Below are positions 31,271 to 39,862 of a stretch of 64,000 nucleotides of DNA, piece by piece. A program made the translations under genes and the position numbers. The notes below the pieces were generated by a model that searched no databases, was not told the DNA's origin, and saw nothing but the letters and a program-made list of their open reading frames with translations. Source of the stretch: Leptolyngbyaceae cyanobacterium (GTDB taxonomy: Bacteria; Cyanobacteriota; Cyanobacteriia; Phormidesmidales; Phormidesmidaceae); NCBI GenBank assembly GCA_965263355.1, contig CBDHHL010000032.1:3552001-3616000 (forward strand), written 5' to 3'. Within the stretch, counting starts at the first letter, position 1; every line of letters begins with the position of its first letter.

Positions 31271-31888
31271 GTGGATACGAGTGCATGTCTGATGTTGTTC
31301 ACACGGTACCCCGTAGCTGGTAATACCAAAACCAGACTTATTCCCCATCTAGGGGCGGCACGGGCCGCTGAACTCCAACGCTGGATGACGGCATCCATGG
31401 CCAGGGAAATGGCTGCTCTACGTCCGGGGATTGAGCGGCAGATCCATTTTTCTGGTGGGGGACTGTCACAGATGCAGGCCTGGTTAGGAAGACAGTTTAC
31501 CTATTTGCCTCAGTTTGCTGGGGGGTTAGGAAATCGTTTGCACCAGGCATTTATGGGGAATTTTCGGTCGGGAATGAAGGCTGTGGTTGCGATTGGAGCT
31601 GATTGCCCTGAGTTGAGCACTTGTCATTTGGAAAAGGCGTTTAGGCAGCTCCAAACCCATGATGTGGTGCTGGGTCCGGCAGCCGATGGTGGCTATTACC
31701 TGATTGGGTTAAGGTGTCCTCAAGCAAAATTGTTTGAGAATATTCCTTGGGGGACTGGAGAGGTATTTGAGCGGACGGTTGCGATCGCAAACAACCTTCA
31801 TCTATCCATTGCTACCCTGGAGCAGCTTCGGGATGTAGATCGCCCAGAAGATCTGGAGCTATTAAATCAAATCCCCATTTGTATTTAG
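31271..31888 (+). CDS. TIGR04282/DUF2064-family transferase
   Basis: FTRYP...KTRL, IGADCP, LGPAADGGYYLIG, DVDRPED. Confidence 0.9.
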   Translation: MDTSACLMLFTRYPVAGNTKTRLIPHLGAARAAELQRWMTASMAREMAALRPGIERQIHFSGGGLSQMQAWLGRQFTYLPQFAGGLGNRLHQAFMGNFRSGMKAVVAIGADCPELSTCHLEKAFRQLQTHDVVLGPAADGGYYLIGLRCPQAKLFENIPWGTGEVFERTVAIANNLHLSIATLEQLRDVDRPEDLELLNQIPICI

Positions 31889-31904
31889 TTAATTGCTGTG
31901 ACTC

Positions 31905-31946
31905 ATCGTTTGTAGGGGCGTTCCATGGAACGCCCCTACAAACGAT
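31905..31946. repeat. 42-bp perfect GTAG-type REP palindrome between convergent genes
   Basis: ATCGTTTGTAGGGGCGTTCCA|TGGAACGCCCCTACAAACGAT. Confidence 0.8.
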
Positions 31947-31952
31947 AAATTT

Positions 31953-33113
31953 TTAGATTCGGCTAACCTGTTGCGGAATATAGTACCGGGCCTTACTAGG
32001 CAACATGCGAGCGTAAAGATGCTCCAGCTGGGTGATATTTTTGCCCAGCGTATAGCGATCCAAAACACGTTGTCGGGCTTTGTTGCTCAAAATCGACAGC
32101 ATTTCAGGATGATTCCGCAACAGCGGCAAAATCGTTTGGAGCTGCTGTGCCACACGCTGGGTATCGATAACGATACCAGCTCCGTCTTCTAATACTTCTC
32201 CATCCGCGCCTGCATCGGTGGCAATGCACGCTGCTCCGCAGGCCATCGCTTCTAACAACGATAACGACAGACCCTCAACTAAGGAAGGCAGAATAAAGGC
32301 ATCAGCCCCCCGCAAAATTTCGATGCGGCGATGTTCATCGGCAACGAACCCCAGCCATATGACTGAATCATCGGTGCCATAGGCTGTCTTGAGGGCCATT
32401 TCTAGCGGGCCACTGCCAACAATAAGAAGTTTGTTGCCAAGGCCCATATTGGCTAATTTCCAGCCCTTTAGCAGGGACTCTACATTTTTCTCAATGGCCA
32501 GTCGCCCTTGATATACATAGATTTGGTTAGCTCTAAATTCTTGTTTAATGCGAGACAGGCCAGGGGCATACCGATAGACATCCACCCCGTTGGGAATCAC
32601 GGCTATACGCTCAGCAGGTACGCCAAGCCTGGCCAGGAGTTCCTGCTGCATACGAGAAAAAACAATCACTTGATCGTAATTGGCCAGCCGAGGGGCATAT
32701 ACCTGATAAGTAAAATGCTGGGTGCCCGATGTCAGATTGCGACGTTTACGGTCAAAGGCTGGATGGAATGTCGCCACCAGCGGAATCCCTAACTCGTGGC
32801 AAATTTCTGGCAGCTTAAAGTCTAACGGAGAGAGAGAGAGGGATGCATGCACCAGGTCCGGTTTTAAGTCAGCCAGTACTTCTGCCAAACGTCGGGCTGA
32901 GCGGAAACTAGGAATGATGAGAATCTGGGATTTGAAGATAAAGGGGAGTGAAACCTCTTCATAGCCGACATGTTCGCCTGCGGACTCTGCATCGGTAGCA
33001 AAGTGGAGAAAGGTCACTCGATAACCCCGCTCTAAAAGAGCGTTTGTAATCTCGCGGCCATAGGTGACATTTCCACAAAATGGAGACTTTTTACCAATCC
33101 ATGCAATGTGCAT
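31953..33113 (-). CDS. dgdA: GT4 glycosyltransferase, probable digalactosyldiacylglycerol synthase
   Basis: N-terminus MHIAWIGKKSPFCGNVTY matches cyanobacterial DgdA as I recall it; EGLSLSLLEAMA; recO-MFS context. Confidence 0.8.
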   Translation of the reverse strand: MHIAWIGKKSPFCGNVTYGREITNALLERGYRVTFLHFATDAESAGEHVGYEEVSLPFIFKSQILIIPSFRSARRLAEVLADLKPDLVHASLSLSPLDFKLPEICHELGIPLVATFHPAFDRKRRNLTSGTQHFTYQVYAPRLANYDQVIVFSRMQQELLARLGVPAERIAVIPNGVDVYRYAPGLSRIKQEFRANQIYVYQGRLAIEKNVESLLKGWKLANMGLGNKLLIVGSGPLEMALKTAYGTDDSVIWLGFVADEHRRIEILRGADAFILPSLVEGLSLSLLEAMACGAACIATDAGADGEVLEDGAGIVIDTQRVAQQLQTILPLLRNHPEMLSILSNKARQRVLDRYTLGKNITQLEHLYARMLPSKARYYIPQQVSRI

Positions 33114-33176
33114 TTAAAGGGGTCTATAAATCAGATGTTGAGTAAACTTTGTCCACGTCCAGAAAAGTCGTTTTGC

Positions 33177-33192
33177 TGTAGAAAAAACTACA
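33177..33192. promoter_or_regulatory. Candidate NtcA-type palindrome upstream of dgdA
   Basis: TGTA-gaaaaaac-TACA. Confidence 0.3.
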
Positions 33193-33420
33193 GGTTTCAA
33201 CCTGGCCGTAGTTTAAGGAGGGTTTTCAAAAGCAGACATGAACGGTTTGACGAATTCAACCGTTTGGCAAGACACCCCCTTCGGAACTCTCATTTACCTA
33301 AGCCGCAGACTAAGTTGCTTAACTTAATGCTGCTTAAGCAACCGTATGAATGCTTTATATGACTTTATCAGGATTTTAAGAGGTTACTGCGGGGTGAGTT
33401 GGTTGAGTGTTGTTTAGTGA

Positions 33421-33444
33421 GCTTGCCCTGAGCTTGTCGAAGGG
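33421..33444. repeat. Small dispersed repeat-like element
   Basis: GCTTGCCCTGAGCTTGTCGAAGGG flanked by GTGA on both sides; shares the CTTCGAC core with the elements at 50241. Confidence 0.5.
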
Positions 33445-33477
33445 GTGAGTAGTGATGGAGGATTGGTGGTGGAACCG

Positions 33478-34968
33478 TTACTTAGAGGGGGATGCAGCGG
33501 ATACGGTAAAGACGGTTTGAGTAAAGAGTCCGCCGATTATGACAATGGCGGCTAGACCTAGTAGTACCGGTCGTAGACCGACGAGGGATTCGGCGACGCC
33601 AGCTAGGGCCAGAGGTAGACTCAAGGCGATATTGACAACATTGTTTTGCAGACCAAAGACTTTACCCCGCATGTCTTCAGGGGTTTGCTCTTGGATCGTG
33701 GTTTGCATGGGAATGCCGACTGTGGCGGCAAAAACTCCAAGAATGGCGAGCAAGGTCAGGCTGCCCCAAAGGCTGTGAATGGTCATCGACAAGCCTGCCA
33801 GGGTACTCCCCATGCCGAGCAGGCCGAATAGGCTGAGCTGACGACGGGCAAAGTGATGCCCAAAATTGCCGATGATGCCTGCGCCCACACCCATACCGAT
33901 ACCACCGGCAGCGAGTAATACGCCAAATTGAGAAGATTTAAGGGTGGGGATAACCTCGGCTAGACGCACAGCTAAAACCGCCAGAGCAGCAAAGACTGAG
34001 AACAGTAACACCAGTTGAATAATGGCGTTACGAATGGCGAGACGCTGGTTGATATAGCGCAGACCATCCTTGATATCGGTCCACACATGGCTGTCTTGGG
34101 TGAGAGTGGCGGCGGATTCGCCCGTCCGCATCATCATCAAGATTAGGCTAGCCAAGCAATAGCTCAGACCAACGAGGCTGTCTTTGCCGATACCACTGCC
34201 GTGGTCAAAGGGGGCCAGCAGATGGTCTGCGATCGCAAGTAATGGCTCCCCCACCGCAAACCCGATAATTACTGACGCCATCATGGTAGTGGTGTAGAGG
34301 GAGTTGGCCGACAGTAGGTGACGCTCTGCCACAATCAGCGGTATGGCAGATTGCTCCGCTGGGGCAAAAAATTGAGTCAATGTCGACACTAAAAATGTAA
34401 TCACCAACAACAGACAAAAGCTGATTGGGATACCGGCTATGGCTCCCAAATCGTGGCTCAGCCATAGCCCCAAAGGCAACAAAATGACTAAAGCCCCCCG
34501 CAGCAGATTAGTCAGCACCAGTACTGGTTGCTTTAGCCAGCGATCTACATAGACCCCTGCCAGGGAGCCAAACAGGACAGCTGGAATTGTGAATGCAATC
34601 ATGACTGCCGATACCCAGCCACTAATGGTTTGACCAGGGACTTGATATTGGCTGGCGATGATGGCAATCATCAGCACTAAATAAACTTTATCGGCCAGTT
34701 GAGAAAAGACCTGTCCCCCCCATAGGGTGAGAAAATTACGATTTTGTAATACTGGCCAAAAACCAGTGGCCTCAGCATCAGGGGCTGATATAGCCGTTTT
34801 ATCGCCGAATGTAGCGGATGACGTCTGGGCTGCTAACTTCGCATGATGAGTTGCATGCCCAGTTGCCGTCGGGTAAGAGCTGGCGGTTAGCCCAGCTTGA
34901 TCGGTTTCTGGCTGCTGGCCAGAATTGTCAGAAATCTTAGATGCACTTGAGTCTGACTCACGAAGCAT
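33478..34968 (-). CDS. MFS transporter
   Basis: NFLTLWGGQVFSQLAD, GVYVDRW, MRGKVFG; about 12 TM. Confidence 0.9.
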   Translation of the reverse strand: MLRESDSSASKISDNSGQQPETDQAGLTASSYPTATGHATHHAKLAAQTSSATFGDKTAISAPDAEATGFWPVLQNRNFLTLWGGQVFSQLADKVYLVLMIAIIASQYQVPGQTISGWVSAVMIAFTIPAVLFGSLAGVYVDRWLKQPVLVLTNLLRGALVILLPLGLWLSHDLGAIAGIPISFCLLLVITFLVSTLTQFFAPAEQSAIPLIVAERHLLSANSLYTTTMMASVIIGFAVGEPLLAIADHLLAPFDHGSGIGKDSLVGLSYCLASLILMMMRTGESAATLTQDSHVWTDIKDGLRYINQRLAIRNAIIQLVLLFSVFAALAVLAVRLAEVIPTLKSSQFGVLLAAGGIGMGVGAGIIGNFGHHFARRQLSLFGLLGMGSTLAGLSMTIHSLWGSLTLLAILGVFAATVGIPMQTTIQEQTPEDMRGKVFGLQNNVVNIALSLPLALAGVAESLVGLRPVLLGLAAIVIIGGLFTQTVFTVSAASPSK

Positions 34969-35815
34969 AAGCAGATGACGCAAAGCAGCTATCAATCAGG
35001 GCAGCCGATCGAATGGGGCGATCAAAATGAAACTGGGCATAGTTTCGCAGTAGGCGTTCCACCCGCCGCCACAAACTATGGGGAGCTGCACTAGTTCCTT
35101 CTATAGATGGTAAAGAACTAGACTGGGTGAATACAAGCTCTGCTTGACCTAATTGTTGTAGAAGTACTAGCTCAGGGGCTCCAATCATGGTGGTTAAGGG
35201 GCCGCGTCGTTCGGCCTCATAATCCACTGGCCCAGCATTATTTTCCAGACGTTCTAGCTGTTCTAAGGTGATCACGCCACCGGCTGGGATGCTAAAGCCT
35301 ACCTGCCATTTTTCCCTCAACTGTGGGGTGATGGGTACTCGACTGAGACAGCAATATCTGAATTCTGGAGCCACCCCCGCCAGGGCTAAAATATGGAAGG
35401 TGCCATGGGCTAAACAAGCGAGGATTGTGCTACTTGGCGCGGTTTCTAGACGTTCTAAATGGGCAACCAGGAGTTCAAACAGGTGTTCTTGGGGTTGTTG
35501 GCTGGCTTCACACAAAACTAATTCTGCTAAGTACTGGCCCGCAGTTAGTCGGGCTAGGTCTCGACTTAACCCTGGAAATGACTGCTGAGTTTGGGCCTGA
35601 ATCATTTTGTCCAGGGATTTGCCCCTGGATAGCATGAGTTCATTGACGACAAACAAACCACTGCGCCCCCCTAGCCGAGATTTATGTTTACGGGCTCCAG
35701 GGGCGATCGCACGCAGCAGGCCATGTTCTTTAGTCAAAATGGTCATCAGCCGATCAGTCTCCCCCATTGGTGCGGCTTTGAGGTTGATACCGGTGGCTTT
35801 GTAGGTGCGGGACAT
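34958..35815 (-). CDS. recO: DNA repair protein RecO
   Basis: TYKATGINLK, GETDRLMTILT..GLLRAIAPGARK. Confidence 0.95.
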   Translation of the reverse strand: MSRTYKATGINLKAAPMGETDRLMTILTKEHGLLRAIAPGARKHKSRLGGRSGLFVVNELMLSRGKSLDKMIQAQTQQSFPGLSRDLARLTAGQYLAELVLCEASQQPQEHLFELLVAHLERLETAPSSTILACLAHGTFHILALAGVAPEFRYCCLSRVPITPQLREKWQVGFSIPAGGVITLEQLERLENNAGPVDYEAERRGPLTTMIGAPELVLLQQLGQAELVFTQSSSLPSIEGTSAAPHSLWRRVERLLRNYAQFHFDRPIRSAALIDSCFASSAYAS

Positions 35816-35822
35816 TAAGCAC

Positions 35823-36566
35823 TCAAAACTTATTTTTGTTGTAGTTTACGTTAATTTGGCTTTTGCCTTCGTATAGCAAGTTCATCTTTTTAGGATCCAA
35901 CCCGGCGTGATACATCACCTTGAGGATTTGATTCAAGGCGGCATGTTTGTAAATGCCTCGTTCCCTAAAGCGACGAGCGGAGGTAATAATCTTACCTGGT
36001 GCTAGGTACGGGGGGCCAAATTTCCTCAGGGCATTGCTGAGGGCCGTATCTTCAAAAATATCCATATCCGGTACGCCACCAATCTCTATCAGTGCTTGAC
36101 GTCGGGCAAATATGCAGTGATCTAAATAAAGAATGTGGCTAAACCGTGGGCGCTGGGTGGTTGAATACCAGGAGGTAAAGCGAAGCAACCAGTGGTCGAA
36201 GTCAAAACTGTGGCGAAAGCCTCCCCAGGTGACCCTATCGTCAGCCATGGTTGTGCGAATTTGAGCCAGGGCATCAACGGGCAGCAGAGTGGCTGGATGG
36301 TGGAGTAAGACGACATCTCCCTGGCTGGCCTGAATCCCAAGGGTTAAACGCTGGGCCCGATTGGTGGCCTCACTTTCAATCAGCTTGAATTCCTTAGCCG
36401 CCGGATGTTGGGTAATGACCTCAAAGGTGCCATCTGTACTCTGGCTGATGACGATAATCAACTGCTTTTTTCCTGGCTGTTGGATGAGGTTGTCCAGAAT
36501 GCGAGGCAGATAACCATGGCGAATTTCATTCAGGCAAGGTAGAACAACTGAAATATTAAGTTCCAT
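35823..36566 (-). CDS. GT2 glycosyltransferase, TIGR04283-like
   Basis: ISVVLPCLNE, NRAQRL..G, IGGVPDMDIFED, TSARRF. Confidence 0.8.
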   Translation of the reverse strand: MELNISVVLPCLNEIRHGYLPRILDNLIQQPGKKQLIIVISQSTDGTFEVITQHPAAKEFKLIESEATNRAQRLTLGIQASQGDVVLLHHPATLLPVDALAQIRTTMADDRVTWGGFRHSFDFDHWLLRFTSWYSTTQRPRFSHILYLDHCIFARRQALIEIGGVPDMDIFEDTALSNALRKFGPPYLAPGKIITSARRFRERGIYKHAALNQILKVMYHAGLDPKKMNLLYEGKSQINVNYNKNKF

Positions 36567-36738
36567 TCACGACCTACTGTTTGCGACCGCTAGCGCTTAG
36601 TTAAGCATGGCAAGTCTCTCAGAATAATACAAAGTCTATTAAGAGTGACGAGGAGCATTCACAAGCTGCGTTAGCGTTCAAACTAGATGGTGCTTAAACC
36701 GTCCTTAGATTGCTGCTCTCTATCGGTGATTTTGATCT

Positions 36739-37488
36739 ATGACTGTCGCCCCGCCCCGCCAGGTTCACGTGTACACAGATAAGGCTGCACTCGTAACTGC
36801 CGCCACGGATCAGGTGATTGAACTGATTCGGGCTGCGATCGCAGCCCGTGGTCGTTGCTCAATTGCACTCTCAGGAGGCAGTACGCCAAAACCGCTATAT
36901 CAAGCGTTAGCCCAGACGGATTTGCCCTGGGATCACCTCTATATTTACTGGGGAGATGAACGCTACGTGCCAGCCACCCATGCTGATAGCAACGCTAAAA
37001 TGACCTACGAAACTTGGCTAAATCATGTCGCTATTCCGGCGGCGAATATCTACACGGTACCCACGGATACAGACTCTCCCCAAACCAGCGCCGAGCAGTA
37101 TCAGCAGGTATTAGCAACTAGCTTTGACACCACTGATACCCCCATATTTGACATTATTCTGCTGGGCATGGGAGACGATGGCCACACTGCCTCACTGTTT
37201 CCCCATACGTCTGCCCTGAATGAAACCGAACGCTGGGTGACCGTGGGGCAAAAGGCCGATCAGCCTAGAATTACCCTAACCACACGGGTGATTAATCAGG
37301 CCCGCCATGTGATGTTTTTAGTGGCCGGGGCTAATAAGCAATCAGCCCTCTCCCAAGTATTTGCCCCGGAAGCTGACAGTGCTGAATACCCGGCGCGGCT
37401 CATCGCTCCTGTGGGCGATCTCCGCTGGCTATTGGATGCAGATGCCAGCGTAGGTTTGCCCGCTACCATAGAGCGAACGATTCATTAA
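36739..37488 (+). CDS. pgl: 6-phosphogluconolactonase
   Basis: ALSGGSTP, WGDERYVP, LLGMGDDGHTASLFP, RITLT. Confidence 0.95.
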   Translation: MTVAPPRQVHVYTDKAALVTAATDQVIELIRAAIAARGRCSIALSGGSTPKPLYQALAQTDLPWDHLYIYWGDERYVPATHADSNAKMTYETWLNHVAIPAANIYTVPTDTDSPQTSAEQYQQVLATSFDTTDTPIFDIILLGMGDDGHTASLFPHTSALNETERWVTVGQKADQPRITLTTRVINQARHVMFLVAGANKQSALSQVFAPEADSAEYPARLIAPVGDLRWLLDADASVGLPATIERTIH

Positions 37489-37678
37489 ACCCCCTGAATT
37501 TAAGCTCCCTTTGGGGGTGTATTACCTCCAGGGGGAATGCCCCTCTGTTTCCCAAATGCTTTGGTAGGCTATGAATACGGAGCAAAGTCAAAGATTACCT
37601 ATACTTCTCACAAAGCATCAACAGAAAATTGCCGAAACCGTGTAGTTTATACATGGCTAGAGCGTAAACCAGACCGCC

Positions 37679-38452
37679 ATGATTATTTGCCCAAATTGCA
37701 ACTATCAAAACCCAGATGCCGCTTCGCAATGTGAGGCTTGTTATACGCCGTTGCCAGCGTTGATAACTTGTTCAAATTGTGGTGCCGCAGTTCAGGCAGA
37801 TGCCAGTTTTTGCGGGCAGTGTGGTCATAGCCTAGCCAGTCAACCAGCAACTGTCGAGGAAACGGTTTCTCCTGCTCCGGTTCCTCCCTCTGCTGAGCCT
37901 GTATCAACGGATATGCCACCAGCACCGCTACCCGTTGAACCGTCTTCAGAATTAGTGGAGCCCGATCCGTTAGTGCCGCCGGATCCGCTACCGGTGACTC
38001 CACCCACCCCTATACCAGCAGAGCCAGTGCCGACAAATCTTCCGACTGCTGTTGACCTTGATAACGAACCGCCTACTACTCAGCCATCGGTTAATGTGAT
38101 GGCTCCCCAAACTCAGCTACAAAGTCTGACCGCCAGACTGCTCCACGTACAGACTAATACGGTCATGGCGTTACCCATGGGGCTTGAGCTTGTACATATT
38201 GGTAAGCCCAATGATCGCATCCCGCCAGATGTTGACGTATCGGGTTTTCCAGAATCAGAGATTGTATCTCGTGTTCATGCCAATATCCGGATTGAGGGCG
38301 ATGTCTACTATATTGAGGATGTTGGTAGTTCTAATGGTACGTACGTGAATAACCTGCCGCTTGTAGCAGGTAATCGTCATCGGTTACGACCCGGTGATCG
38401 CATTGCCCTTGGTAAAGGTGATAAGGTGAGCTTTATTTTTCAACTTGCATGA
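37679..38452 (+). CDS. fraH: Double zinc ribbon, Pro-rich linker and FHA domain protein (FraH-like)
   Basis: Four CxxC motifs, Pro-rich linker, FHA motifs VSRVHA and SSNGTY; downstream of pgl. Confidence 0.8.
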   Translation: MIICPNCNYQNPDAASQCEACYTPLPALITCSNCGAAVQADASFCGQCGHSLASQPATVEETVSPAPVPPSAEPVSTDMPPAPLPVEPSSELVEPDPLVPPDPLPVTPPTPIPAEPVPTNLPTAVDLDNEPPTTQPSVNVMAPQTQLQSLTARLLHVQTNTVMALPMGLELVHIGKPNDRIPPDVDVSGFPESEIVSRVHANIRIEGDVYYIEDVGSSNGTYVNNLPLVAGNRHRLRPGDRIALGKGDKVSFIFQLA

Positions 38453-38536
38453 GGGGCATAAAAGGTATAAAACCATTGATCTAATAGTTACTTTTTGCAC
38501 TGTTCTTTTTGTTACATTGCCCTTCGATGTATTAAC

Positions 38537-39016
38537 GTGATTACCTTATCGTTGCTCCACCCCCTGAATAAGACTCCTATGCAGAACTGGTCCTTTGAGG
38601 AGCAAGAGGTTATTCGCATTGGCCGTTCTACCGATAACGATGTTGTCCTTTACAGTGCTGTGGTTTCCCGACATCATCTGGAGATTCATAAGGGTGTGGC
38701 TGGTTGGGCAATTCAGAGTATAGGTACGAATGGTACCTATCTAGACGGCAAACGTATTCAGCATGTGACGGCTGAGGATGGTCTGGTAGTGCGCCTTGCA
38801 CGGTCTGGGCCCAATCTCCAAATCTCTATTGACCAGCCAGAAAAATCGTCAGTGGCATCGATTAAAGAGTTACTGGCTCGTCGCAAACATCAGCAGCAGT
38901 TTTCGTCACCCCAGCAACCGGTAAGAGTTGATCTAGATGTCGTCAAAACAGATATTCGTGATAAAAAGCCGCTACCGGACAAGCCAGATGCGGCAGGTGA
39001 TGACGGGGTTGTTTAG
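38537..39016 (+). CDS. FHA domain protein
   Basis: IRIGRSTDND, VSRHH, TNGTY; likely GTG start at 38537. Confidence 0.9.
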   Translation: MITLSLLHPLNKTPMQNWSFEEQEVIRIGRSTDNDVVLYSAVVSRHHLEIHKGVAGWAIQSIGTNGTYLDGKRIQHVTAEDGLVVRLARSGPNLQISIDQPEKSSVASIKELLARRKHQQQFSSPQQPVRVDLDVVKTDIRDKKPLPDKPDAAGDDGVV

Positions 39017-39022
39017 CCGCTA

Positions 39023-39721
39023 ATGGCCAGAGGCGATCAGATATATGTAATGCGGGATGTGATGGGGGTGCCTTATCAACACCATGGTATTGATGATGGG
39101 GTTGGTCAGGTGATTCACTATCGCAAGGTGGGTACTGCAACTGTGGCGCGCACAAGTATAGAAGCCTTTGCTCGGGGAAATCCGGTGTACACGTTGCCCC
39201 AGTCCATTTCGTTTATTCCAGATGTGGTGATTGATCGAGCGGAAAGCCGGTTGGGAGAACAACGGTACAATCTGTTTTTTAATAACTGTGAGCATTTTGC
39301 CAATTGGTGTAAAACGGGTGAAAATGTGAGTCCTCAGCTCGATGATTTTGGCTTGCGGTTAGATCAGCTGAAGCTACCCGGTGGCTTAATTCGACAAGCT
39401 GCTCAGGAGGAAAGTCCCCAGGCAATTTTGGATTTATTTGCCAAGGCGTTAGGGAATATTGCGATCGCAACCAATACCCTTCTACCCGACTATAATCATG
39501 CCCAGGCTGATAGCGCTCAGTGGCAGCGAGTCGCCCAGGAAGCTTTAAATCGAGGGCGTGAAGATCTAGCTCGTGCTGCCTTATATAAACGTCGTGATGC
39601 CCAGAAAAAAGCTGAATCCATCGAGCGGCAGTTGCAAGCCCTATCTGATTTACAAATTTCTATCCAAACTGACCAAACATTGGCGTTAAAACGCCTGAGT
39701 GAAGAGACTGCAGATTTTTAG
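39023..39721 (+). CDS. LRAT/NlpC-P60 domain fused to a PspA-like helical segment
   Basis: HHGI, VIHY and NNCEHF catalytic motifs; C-terminal WQRVAQEALNRGREDLARAAL resembles PspA/IM30. Confidence 0.85.
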   Translation: MARGDQIYVMRDVMGVPYQHHGIDDGVGQVIHYRKVGTATVARTSIEAFARGNPVYTLPQSISFIPDVVIDRAESRLGEQRYNLFFNNCEHFANWCKTGENVSPQLDDFGLRLDQLKLPGGLIRQAAQEESPQAILDLFAKALGNIAIATNTLLPDYNHAQADSAQWQRVAQEALNRGREDLARAALYKRRDAQKKAESIERQLQALSDLQISIQTDQTLALKRLSEETADF

Positions 39722-39862
39722 TAGCTGTTGATCGAAGTCTATACAGTTAGTATACGAATAGAGGCAATACTAAAGTTTCTAAGTCCAGATTCTGTTAGTC
39801 CCTTGTCGATCGCTAATTTGCGAAGTACGATTGTAGTCTGTTTGTGATTCAAATGTCGTCTG

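Noticed and set aside
26226..39721. Dynamin and LRAT-PspA as one membrane-repair system
   Set aside because: They are 11 kb apart and separated by unrelated housekeeping operons; no evidence of linkage.
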